This document shows positions 1 through 9,400 of a stretch of 64,000 bases of DNA, one piece after another. The stretch spans positions 489,914 through 553,913 of the forward strand of contig CAYVMJ010000001.1 of NCBI GenBank assembly GCA_964452625.1, given 5' to 3'. How positions within the stretch are numbered: position 1 is the first letter of the stretch; every line of letters starts with the position of its first letter. Origin of the DNA: an uncultured Methanolinea sp. (GTDB taxonomy: Archaea; Halobacteriota; Methanomicrobia; Methanomicrobiales; Methanospirillaceae). Position numbers and translations under genes: made by a program. The notes below the pieces were generated by a model. That model had not been told where the DNA came from and did not search any database. It saw nothing but the letters and a program-made list of their open reading frames with translations.

Positions 1-35
1 TGCAGGGGGTGAATACTCGTGTTAAAAATGTTATT

Positions 36-989
36 TTATGAAGGATTTTGCAAAGAAGATACTACTTTTTCTGCATATCCCCTCACTTCAGGGTTTTCAT
101 CATCTTTCAATTGAATAAAAATGGGTAAAAATCCATTATCTATTATTAAATGCGATTCTCCCCTTTTTGTAAATTCACGGAACATCGCACAAACAATTGC
201 CTTAGTATCCCATCCGCTGGTTGTTAAATACCTTTTAAAAAGATCTATTTTTCCCGCCTCGACAATTTGTGCAAAGGTAATTTTTCCTTCATTTACGCCG
301 CGTAATAGAACTGCGATTGCGTTATAGGGATCCTTAAGGAGGGCAAGGTATTTTAAATAGGATTTAATCGTGGTATTATCCAAAAATTCATCTAAAGGCC
401 GATGTTCTAAGAATCGCTGATAAATTTTAAATAATTCATAAGCTATTCTCGGCTCTTCTTCTCCTGTCATGGAATTAACAACATCCTTTGAAAAACCATT
501 TTCCCCAATATAGATAAGCAAAGAAATTGATTCAGTTTTTATTTTAGGGTCTTGGCTCCCAAGTAAGGGAATAAGGGCTGGAATAATGCCTGAATCTACT
601 AGTATTTTGGGATTTCGCTGTCGGCCGATAATATTCAGTATTGATAAGCATTTAACTTGGACGTTATTATCGGAATCGGACAAGCATCTAATTAAAAGGG
701 AAGGGACTTCGTTTTTTACGGCAAAGTCAATAATTTCATCTGAAAAATGACTTTCGAGGTATTCCAGATTCTCTAAATGAACATTACCTTGTTCATCAAT
801 TAAATTTCGATAATTCGCGACCAATTCGTTTTCTTTCTTGTAAATTTCACGCCACTTAATTAATCTTTTCCCGACATTTATCATTTTACGGTCGAAAATG
901 TCTAGAATTCTTGGTAAATATCTTCCAATGATTATTCCTAAAATAAGGAAGAATGCATACTTTATTACCTCAATTGTAAAATCAGACAT
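36..989 (-). CDS. Membrane-anchored HEAT/armadillo-type repeat protein (hypothetical)
   Basis: 317-aa ORF in an AT-rich block. It has an N-terminal hydrophobic helix (FFLILGIIIG) followed by repeated helical units typical of HEAT repeats (e.g. PEVRGYAEKVV). Confidence 0.45.
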   Translation of the reverse strand: MSDFTIEVIKYAFFLILGIIIGRYLPRILDIFDRKMINVGKRLIKWREIYKKENELVANYRNLIDEQGNVHLENLEYLESHFSDEIIDFAVKNEVPSLLIRCLSDSDNNVQVKCLSILNIIGRQRNPKILVDSGIIPALIPLLGSQDPKIKTESISLLIYIGENGFSKDVVNSMTGEEEPRIAYELFKIYQRFLEHRPLDEFLDNTTIKSYLKYLALLKDPYNAIAVLLRGVNEGKITFAQIVEAGKIDLFKRYLTTSGWDTKAIVCAMFREFTKRGESHLIIDNGFLPIFIQLKDDENPEVRGYAEKVVSSLQNPS

Positions 990-1034
990 TCAATAATCCT
1001 AATTCGCTAATTACAAAGAATAAGGTTTTGGGGG

Positions 1035-4019
1035 TTAAGATTGGAACCTATAACACCCCTCACACAACCTCACCCCGCTCTCTTTATCTTTCCAAACCGC
1101 CGGTTCAATATCGCAGACAGTGCAACGCCCGATTGAGACATTCACCCGTTCCATCTTCGATGGATCAATCACCCCGGGCAAAGGAGGGGCCGAGGACCGT
1201 TCCCGGTCCACCGCTGCTTTATGGCACGGCTTGCAGATCCTCCGGGCTCCCTGCTGGTCCTTCGGCCTGCTCTTCCGCTCCGGAGTGAACTTTTCAATGT
1301 ACCGGCTGTCCTTTCGTCCGCACACCCAGCAGGGGGTCCGCTCGGGGATATCCAGGACCTTGTAGTCCCGGGGATTGATTCGCCTTCTCGCTCCTTCCGC
1401 TCCCTTCAACGAGGACCGGGATCGATTCCCGCTTATATCCTCGCCCTGGTTGTCATTCAGGCAACACTCCGGGGAGATTTTTTCCTGCCCCTCTGCACTG
1501 CTCACCTTACTCACAGGTGCAGGAGTGCATGCACCCGGCGCTCCGCCCCGGTGCGTGTCTTCCACTCTACTGTAGGACACACATGTACTCACACACGTAC
1601 TGTGTGTACTAGAGAGAGATTCACCAGTCGCCGTCGCCGGCGCATGTTCTTCTCCTGCAACATCCGTGGAAGGACCGGGGAAGGGTGCCGGAGGATTGCA
1701 GGGGTCACCGCCCTCGTCCGGACCCACCTCTTCGATCCACACCCCGCCGCCGGCGATCCAGTGCTTGTAAAGCTCCTGGTCGAAGGTGTAGGCGTTGGTC
1801 CTCCGCCGCATCGAGAGCCCGCTCTCCTCCTCGGACACCACCGTCCGGTCGGTGAACGCGATCGCCGGGCACTTCTCGAGGAGCCCCGAGTAGGACATCC
1901 CCCGGCTCGTATACCCGTGGATCAGCTTGTGGATGCTCCCGTTGCTCCAGCCCGTCGCCCGCTGGAGCATGGGAATGGTGAACTCCGGCCACCGCTCCCT
2001 GCTGATCAGGTCCAGCAGGTCCGCCTCCCGCCGGGTGAGCTTGCTGGTCTGGCCGCCGGCCGACCCGTGGAGCAGGCCGTAGAGCCGGGCCGCTTCCCGG
2101 AAGTCATCCCGGGTGGCAACGATGCAGGCGACCCCGCTCACGTCCCGGGTCTCCCGCTGCATGAACCGGAAGAGCGTGTTCGCCTTGATCAGGTCCAGAA
2201 GCATCTCCGGGTTCCGCCGGTTGTCCCGGGCCTGGAACCGGATCCGGGAGGAGAACGGGACCACCACGTAGAACCGCTGCCGGCCGAGCACCTCCCACAT
2301 CGCCTGGCAGACCAGTACCTCGGGCCGCTCCTCATCCCCGTAGGCCGGGACGTCCTGGTCCCGGAGGAGGACCCGTGCCAGCACGAGGTCGTCCTGCTCC
2401 GGGGAGTCGTCGATCCAGCAGGTGAGCATCCGGTTGAAGACCTGGTCGTCGCCCGAGCCCTCGACCTTCGCCACCCACCACACGCACCGCTCCGGGATGG
2501 TGCAGACCTGCCCCTTCCGGTCCCGGCTCACGGTGCGGTAGATAAACGGCTCGCGAAACGAGGTGGTAACCCCCTTCAGGATCTCCTGCATCTCGTCCGA
2601 GAGCGTGGTATCGTCCAGGATGATCACCGTGCCCGGCTGCAGCGAGTCGTGGTAGAATAGGGCCTTGTTGCTCATCGCGCCTTTGAGCCGGAACCGTTCC
2701 GGGACCTGGCGGAGGATGGTGGAGAAGACGTGGCTCTTTCCCTTCCCGCTCTCCCCGGTGACGGAGACGTGCAGTCCGTTGGTATTGATCACCGATCGGG
2801 AGGCGAGGGAGAGGAGGAGGCACTCGGCCACGGTCCGGTCCCCGACGTGGTCCAGACCCCCGGTGTCCAGCATGGTCCGGAGCGGGTCGCCGGTGCGGAG
2901 GACCTCGGCGGCCTCCTCCAGCCCGGGATACGTCTCCAGGGCGGCGGGGTCGGAACCGGAGAAACAACCCTGCGCAGCGGGCGGACCGACAGGAGCCGGC
3001 CCGGTCCGGGCGGACGACGATGACCGCTCGTACTGCCGGCGCAGGTCGGGCCAGCGCTGGGCCCCGCCCCCGCAGGTCTGGTGGTGGCACCCGGCGAAGA
3101 TTGCCCCGTTCGGGAACTGGATAGCGAAGGCGCCGTCCTTGTGCGATCCCGAGAAGGGGCACTCCTCCAGGACGAAGAGGATCCCGCCCTGCCAGGGCCG
3201 CTCGGTCCGGACCGCCAGGCCGTGCGACGAGAGCCAGGCCCGGAGGTCGATCCCGGTCCCGGTCCGGGGTGCAGATGCACCCCCCGGGGAAGGTCCTGCC
3301 GGGAGAGCCCGGGCGAGCTGTTCCAGCAGGTCCCGGGAAACGGCCTCGACGGGGTCCGGCACGGCGAGGACACGGGACCTGCGGTGCGGCCGTTCGAGGG
3401 TGTGGTCGCCCTTCCGGGACGTGGTCCCGTAGAGCTTCCAGATCCGGGCCGGGTTGAAGTTCGCCGCGTCGACGGTGACCGTTCCATCGGAAAAGAGGGC
3501 GTCCAGGGTGACGAGGCACTTCTTCACCAGCTCGCCGGCGGCCTCGTCGTTGGGGAGGTCCACACGGTAGAGCAGGTGGGCCCCGTTGCCGGAGTCGGCC
3601 CGGACCGGTTCCGGAAACCCTCTCTCCGCGAGCCAGCCGGCCACCTGCCCGGCCCGGTCAAGTGCGGCCCGGTGCTCCTCCCCGGTGGATGAGACCCCGC
3701 TCGGCCGGACCGGGTCCAGGTCTACCGGGAGCCACCGGCGGCAGAGGATGTCCGCGTCGGCGGTGGTGGCGTCTTTCCGGGTGAGCCGGAGCTTCACCCG
3801 GTTAGCCCGCCGGGCGAGGAGGGCCGGGTTGACCGGGTTGAGAGTGATGTAGATCCCCTGCACCTCGGGGAGAGAGTCCAGGGACGATGCGTGGGATGCC
3901 AGGGCCTCGGGCCGGTCGAAGTACCCGGAGTGGACCGCGTTGTCCGCCAGCGCCCGGAGCTCGGCGATGCCCTGGTCGGGGAAGAGCAGGGAGAGGGCCT
4001 GGGCGATCTCCTCACTCAT
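1035..4019 (-). CDS. Replication protein: N-terminal primase-polymerase (PrimPol, pRN1-type) domain plus P-loop (SF3-like) helicase domain and C-terminal Zn-ribbons
   Basis: PrimPol motifs are visible: DxD (VDLDP), sGxGxHxxY (SGNGAHLLY) and a third D (TVDAANF). Walker A is GESGKGKS and Walker B is VIILDD. C-terminal CxxC pairs are present. Length is 994 aa. The start overlaps the upstream ORF by 8 nt. Confidence 0.7.
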   Translation of the reverse strand: MSEEIAQALSLLFPDQGIAELRALADNAVHSGYFDRPEALASHASSLDSLPEVQGIYITLNPVNPALLARRANRVKLRLTRKDATTADADILCRRWLPVDLDPVRPSGVSSTGEEHRAALDRAGQVAGWLAERGFPEPVRADSGNGAHLLYRVDLPNDEAAGELVKKCLVTLDALFSDGTVTVDAANFNPARIWKLYGTTSRKGDHTLERPHRRSRVLAVPDPVEAVSRDLLEQLARALPAGPSPGGASAPRTGTGIDLRAWLSSHGLAVRTERPWQGGILFVLEECPFSGSHKDGAFAIQFPNGAIFAGCHHQTCGGGAQRWPDLRRQYERSSSSARTGPAPVGPPAAQGCFSGSDPAALETYPGLEEAAEVLRTGDPLRTMLDTGGLDHVGDRTVAECLLLSLASRSVINTNGLHVSVTGESGKGKSHVFSTILRQVPERFRLKGAMSNKALFYHDSLQPGTVIILDDTTLSDEMQEILKGVTTSFREPFIYRTVSRDRKGQVCTIPERCVWWVAKVEGSGDDQVFNRMLTCWIDDSPEQDDLVLARVLLRDQDVPAYGDEERPEVLVCQAMWEVLGRQRFYVVVPFSSRIRFQARDNRRNPEMLLDLIKANTLFRFMQRETRDVSGVACIVATRDDFREAARLYGLLHGSAGGQTSKLTRREADLLDLISRERWPEFTIPMLQRATGWSNGSIHKLIHGYTSRGMSYSGLLEKCPAIAFTDRTVVSEEESGLSMRRRTNAYTFDQELYKHWIAGGGVWIEEVGPDEGGDPCNPPAPFPGPSTDVAGEEHAPATATGESLSSTHSTCVSTCVSYSRVEDTHRGGAPGACTPAPVSKVSSAEGQEKISPECCLNDNQGEDISGNRSRSSLKGAEGARRRINPRDYKVLDIPERTPCWVCGRKDSRYIEKFTPERKSRPKDQQGARRICKPCHKAAVDRERSSAPPLPGVIDPSKMERVNVSIGRCTVCDIEPAVWKDKESGVRLCEGCYRFQS

Positions 4020-4359
4020 TGTCTCCTCCCGTCTCGCCCGGGACGAGGGGGAAGAGCGGGGCGGACACTACGTCTCCCCGGGCAACCCGCCGGAAACTCA
4101 CCACCGGGATGATGAAGCGGCCCACCACGGAATAGAAGATGACTGCCTTTCCGGACCGGTTCAGGGCGCAGTGCCCCTCGATGGTGACCCGTGGCTGCTG
4201 CTCACCGGGGCCTGGTTTTTGGACCTTGATGAGCGGAGCGGACCGCCCGGTGAAGAGCAGGTTCCGCACGTCATCCGGGGGGAGCTGGTAGTGCTCGCCC
4301 TCCACCTCGATGTGGAGGATCTCCTGCTCGCCGAGGGAGAGAAGTCCCGGATCATTCAT
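4012..4359 (-). CDS. Hypothetical protein, translationally coupled to the replication protein
   Basis: 115-aa ORF whose stop overlaps the PrimPol-helicase start. A G-rich RBS-like stretch sits upstream. Confidence 0.4.
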   Translation of the reverse strand: MNDPGLLSLGEQEILHIEVEGEHYQLPPDDVRNLLFTGRSAPLIKVQKPGPGEQQPRVTIEGHCALNRSGKAVIFYSVVGRFIIPVVSFRRVARGDVVSAPLFPLVPGETGGDNE

Positions 4360-4617
4360 GGGACTCGTCCCCCCTGGCGGTGAAGAGCAGGAAGATCAGG
4401 TACTGGTGTCTCCGGGTCCGGCGGATACTCACTTCCAGGAGGTCCATTCCCTCCTGCCGGAGCTCGATCGAGATGGCCTGGGGGATGAGGAAGAGGGGGA
4501 CCGGCCCGGTCTCTCTCCTCACCGTGGGCGTTGAGCTTATGGTGTTGTTCGACGAAGATCTGGTGGCAGACTCTTCCTCCCGGTCAGTGAAGCCTGGTTC
4601 GTGGGGGGAGCTGCCGT

Positions 4618-4752
4618 CTATCCGCTCGCGGTGCATTTCTTCACCTCGGACGGTATGAGTCGTGCTTTTCCTTCGGCGATCCATTTCTCCCAGACCAGCT
4701 TTGCGATCGGGTCCGGGATGTGGTCCAGGGTTTCCTGGGATATTTCTTTCAT
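4618..4752 (-). CDS. Possible small protein (44 aa), below the ORF-track cutoff
   Basis: ATG preceded by AGGAGA 7 nt upstream. Hand translation gives MKEISQETLDHIPDPIAKLVWEKWIAEGKARLIPSEVKKCTASG. It competes with a dubious 150-aa ORF (4352..4804) in another frame. Confidence 0.25.
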   Translation of the reverse strand: MKEISQETLDHIPDPIAKLVWEKWIAEGKARLIPSEVKKCTASG

Positions 4753-4976
4753 AGATTTTCTCCTGTGCAGGAAGGCCTCCGGAATTGAAATGCTGGGAGG
4801 CCATGCTGCACGGAGACTAGGTCAGGATGGAGGAGGAGAAAAGGATGGAGTCCGGGGGGTGAAAGGGGGACATGTAATAAAATTTATACAGATCGTGATT
4901 TAGCTATTAATGAGGAAATATTACGCCCCGGAAAGGAAGAGACCTTGAACAGTTAATTGCACTTCTCGAGATTAAA

Positions 4977-5813
4977 TTGAGTGGGGAAGATGTACAGATA
5001 AAATCTCCTGATTTTATTGCAGATTCAATAACCGGTGAGAAAAGGGAAGTAGATATCTCATTAAGAGGCAAAATCGGATCGCATCCAATTTTAATTATCA
5101 TTGAAGTTCGGGATCGAGATAAAGTTCAGGATGTTACTTGGATTGAGCAATTAGCAACAAAAAGAGATAATATTGGAGCTGATAAAGCAATTGCTGTTTC
5201 AACTCATGGTTTTTCTAGAGGTGCCATAAGAAAAGCCAGAGCTTACGGCATTGAATTAAGAACAATCGAAGAAATCACTCAAGAAAAAGTAAAGAGATGG
5301 ATGTTTATAGATACATTAAAAGACGTTATTGAAAATTTTAACATAAATAAAGCAATCATTCATCCAATAAACCGAGAACATGCCGAAAAACTCACAGAAT
5401 TTTTAGAATCTAGGATGTTTGAAGTAAATCTGAATGAAAAAATTTTGTTTCCTCCTGGTCAAGAAAATGCCTTATCATTAAATGAATTATTTCGTTTGTT
5501 TTCTGAAATCAAGACTGTTTATCGAGATTTGACCCCTGGAAAAACAATTTCAATTCAAAGTACTATACACAGTGAAGACAATGTCTATTATAAGATAATA
5601 ACGAAAGAAGGGGAAATTTTAGTAGATACCATTATAATAGATGCTGATTTATGGGTTGAACTCAAGAATAAAAAAATTCAATCAATTAAAGAGTATAAAA
5701 CTTCAGAAAAAACATTTGCACGAGTCATCATATTGGATAATACAGCTACTTCAGGAGAGCCCCACCAAATTCATTTAGTTAGAATTTTTCGCGAAACAGG
5801 CGATGATATCTAA
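4977..5813 (+). CDS. PD-(D/E)xK restriction-endonuclease-like (Mrr-cat/NERD-like) domain protein with an unknown C-terminal domain
   Basis: The N-terminal about 100 aa carry a D...(I/V)IIEVRD...K core and an AVSTHGFSRGAIRKARAYGIEL segment typical of the Mrr catalytic domain. The gene is AT-rich and convergent with the neighbouring 190-aa ORF. Confidence 0.55.
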   Translation: MSGEDVQIKSPDFIADSITGEKREVDISLRGKIGSHPILIIIEVRDRDKVQDVTWIEQLATKRDNIGADKAIAVSTHGFSRGAIRKARAYGIELRTIEEITQEKVKRWMFIDTLKDVIENFNINKAIIHPINREHAEKLTEFLESRMFEVNLNEKILFPPGQENALSLNELFRLFSEIKTVYRDLTPGKTISIQSTIHSEDNVYYKIITKEGEILVDTIIIDADLWVELKNKKIQSIKEYKTSEKTFARVIILDNTATSGEPHQIHLVRIFRETGDDI

Positions 5814-5835
5814 ATTTTGAGAAGAATATTTTTAA

Positions 5836-6408
5836 CTAGTCCTCAATTTTTCCTTCATATAGACTGTATTCTCGTTTAAAATATGTTGAAAGATTCATTA
5901 AGAGGTTTAGATATTCATTCGATAAATGATGTCTACAAATTGTATCATTTTGATTAATGATCCAACAAACTCCATTTTCCGTAACTATACCCAATGTAAA
6001 TATCGTTTCCCAATCAGTATCCTTATAGCGTCTGGCTGGTTGATATTTTGCCAGAGGGATCCTAATCCTTTCAAATGAGATTTTAGTATCAAATATTTCT
6101 TTTTTAACATTATCGTCTTTAATAATTCCCTGTTTCTTGATTTGTTCATCTATAGAGCGGACAATTTCATAAACCCCTAATACCCAGAGATAAGATAGTG
6201 TATGAAATTCTGACAATTCATAAATAAATTCGCGATCTGTAGAAAAATTTTCCATCATTTCTAGAATAGATAATATTCTATAACGTAATTGATGCTCTAT
6301 TAAACCCAATCCCAAAGATGTATTTTGCATCATGGGATTAAATTCAACTAATGTATGAGAGTGATCAATCCATAATTGAACAAATTCTTCAATTTCATCA
6401 CATTTCAT
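5836..6408 (-). CDS. Hypothetical protein (190 aa), AT-rich cargo gene
   Basis: Clean ORF lying between the nuclease and the STAND gene. No motif was recognised. Confidence 0.45.
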   Translation of the reverse strand: MKCDEIEEFVQLWIDHSHTLVEFNPMMQNTSLGLGLIEHQLRYRILSILEMMENFSTDREFIYELSEFHTLSYLWVLGVYEIVRSIDEQIKKQGIIKDDNVKKEIFDTKISFERIRIPLAKYQPARRYKDTDWETIFTLGIVTENGVCWIINQNDTICRHHLSNEYLNLLMNLSTYFKREYSLYEGKIED

Positions 6409-6437
6409 ATGTTCAACTCATATTTTCTAATTAAATT

Positions 6438-9400
6438 TTATAACGTTGTGCGGATCTTCTCTGTCAATTCCATTGCTAGAGAAATCTGACAATCTGTAAG
6501 TCCCTTTAATAACCGTTTAAACGTGCTAAAAATTTCAAAATTATTTGTAATTGATTGTCGATCATTTTCCCAACACAAATTTAATAGTTCTGCAAGTTTT
6601 GAATTTTGTTCGCTATCCTTCCAAAATTGTTCTAATTGAACCGAATATCCGTATTGTTCTATCCAGTTTAAGGCGGAAACACGAATTCCAGAACATGCGG
6701 GGTATCTTAAAAAGGAAATAAAATTCTTCTGACAATGGAAGTGTGGGAGGTTAACTCTCGCCCATTTCTCAAAAAAATCTTTCATATCTGTAACAATTTC
6801 TTTAAATTCTATTTTCCATCGTGTAGAAACCCCCCGTTCAATTCCAATTAGTTCGCACCATCTCTCTTCTAGCGAGTGATTGTTTGATGGGTAATAATTC
6901 CATAACGGTGTTTTCAATGTATATTCAATCATTTTTTGCCATTCGTGAACAAATGATTTTGGGTTATCCATACAGTTATACATCTGAATAAACCAGAACG
7001 AAAAAAAAGTTTCTATCCAGTCGTTTTTTGATATCTCTAAATCAAGCAATGATTGCCAAATGTCTTCCGGATGTTCATAATCTCGCATTTCTGTAATAAA
7101 AGTCGCAGCTAATTGGAAGTACCATCTATCAAAGTCGTCCGGAAGATGGGTATCATTTTTGGGTCGTGAAGTATCATTGATCGAATAAATTACATATGCA
7201 TTAAGGTTTTTGACCAAGTTAATCCAACATTCACGTTCCTTTTCATCAAGAGCGGTGTTTAATGATGATAACCATTGAAACGAAGATTGTAGTGATAAGC
7301 GATTGTGAAATTCCGGTGCATTCCATTTCCGTCCACCGAAGTTTCCAGGGGGAGTGAATTCTCCAATTCTCCCAATTATCTCTATAATAGAAGGGGTTTT
7401 TGGAGAAAATTTTCCATGAATAAAATTGTGTAATTCTTGATTTAACCAAATTTCAAAATCTAAATTCGTTTTTCGAATTTTTGGATCACGGATACATAAC
7501 TGGCAAAACGTCCTAGATAATGAATTTATGACATTTAAGTGAATTAACTCGTAAAAATCATCTTTCAATAAGCCTCGAATGCTAAAACAACTATTAATAA
7601 GAATTTCAATCGTTTTGTAATGATAAGAAGTAGCGAGGTGGAAAATCATTTCGCGATTTCTTGTAGATTTTACATCATCAATCCAAATGTAGGGTGCAGC
7701 CCATGCACAGAATGAATCCCATTGCATTTCATTGGCGGTTTGCGGAACATCGAAAGGCCCTGGGGTAGGGGGATTGGCGATCAAATCGAATATATGATCT
7801 ATGCACCATTGTTTTTTATCAGGATTTTCTTCTAACCACTTTTTTCCTAACACAATTAATACTGCAATTCCTCCAGCGAGGACATCGGCATCTCGGAAAG
7901 GTCTATTAGTGCCAAATTTAGGATTACTCAAAGAAGAAAACGTTTGAATGTAGTCCCAAATCTGTTCTATTTTTATTGAATCCAACATTTCGGCTTTTTT
8001 TAATGCATTTGAACAAAAGAAAAGAAAATTTAAAGCGTAGCCTCCCTCTTGAGATTTATTAAATTCTTCTTCTCCTTTTTGAAGCAATTGTTTAAGTTCT
8101 TCGGGTTCGTTAAAATACCAATAATCGTTCCCATTGATGTTCTTCTTTGTAGTATAGTTTTCAATATTCATTTGTTGAATTAAACGAAATAGGAAAAAAT
8201 AGTCATGAGAATCTTGATTCGTTGAGATTAAACGTTCTTCCCACTTTTGACGATATTTTTCGATTTCTGAACGAATATTGGGATAATTTAGGAATAACCC
8301 AATTGCTAGATTATAAAAATGAATTTTCCTATGCTGTAAGGAATGCCATTCTGAAAATTGCTTTCTTGTTCTATCGCCAATAACTAATAATCCAAATATT
8401 GATAAACTACGTTCGTCGTAAAGCATCTCCCAACGATATATTTCAGGAATACTGAATTGATATTTTAAAGGTCCTTCAAAAAGTGATAGTTTATATTTTC
8501 CTACAGAAGTTAAAACACCTAATAGTGCAACTGAATTGGTTTTCTCATATATTATTTGTAGAAAGGAATCAATTGAGTCTTTTTTATCTATCTTAATATA
8601 TAGGAATCTCTCTAAAGCCATTAACATTGAACTTAAAATCCTTGGACAACAGGACACCACGGAATCTCTGTACCAAAAATATACTTCATGGTCTCCTTTC
8701 AAAATTTTCGGTGAATTTGCCAATAACAATTCAACTTCATTGACTGGATCGAAATCGGAGAATAAGTCAAGATCGGATTTAGAGTATTTTTTATGAATTT
8801 TAATTTTCCTTTCAATATGCCTTTCAGTTGCAAAATTAACAATTCGAATTATAAGATCTATTGCTTCGAGTGGATGATTAAAAAGAAAGTCTAGGAATGG
8901 GCCATTATAAGGTAAGGCTGGAATAACTCCCTGATAATCCTTGAGACCTAGCTCTCTCTCAAAAAAATCATCGTCATAATCAGAATCAACTATTCGAGGT
9001 TCTTCAATAATCAAACCAAATAAAATGTCTTTGGCTAGTTCAGGGTTGCATATGATTATAGGTAATAATTCATCTTCCTGAATACACATCTTTTGAAAAA
9101 GGTCATCCACATGTTTAAATGGTCCATCGGGCCAAGGAGGGAGCACTTTTTTAGAATACTCGCCTTGCTTTGATAGTATCTTTTGGTCTGTAATTTTTTC
9201 AGAAGGATCGATATTTCCCTTTCCTGATAAACTTAAGAGTAATTTTGTAACTCTTTCAGGATCGTCATTAACTGCGGCTATCGCACACGAATAAGCTTTT
9301 TTGGCTAAATCTGGGTTTTTATAATACCTGCGTGAGTTATCTTTCTTGATTTTTTCTGCAATTGTCAAAGAGAGATCTGCAATTTCCTGTCTATAGGTGG

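Noticed and set aside
1221-3519. Long ORFs (479 aa on +, 395 aa on -, and others) overlapping the PrimPol-helicase gene
   Set aside because: They are antisense or off-frame ORFs of the kind expected in high-GC DNA. They have no motifs and give Arg/Pro/Gly-rich low-complexity translations. The 994-aa minus-strand frame has coherent catalytic motifs.
4352-4804. 150-aa minus-strand ORF upstream of the element's small ORFs
   Set aside because: Low-complexity translation and no start context. A 44-aa ORF in another frame with a strong RBS is the more plausible reading, but even that one is low confidence.
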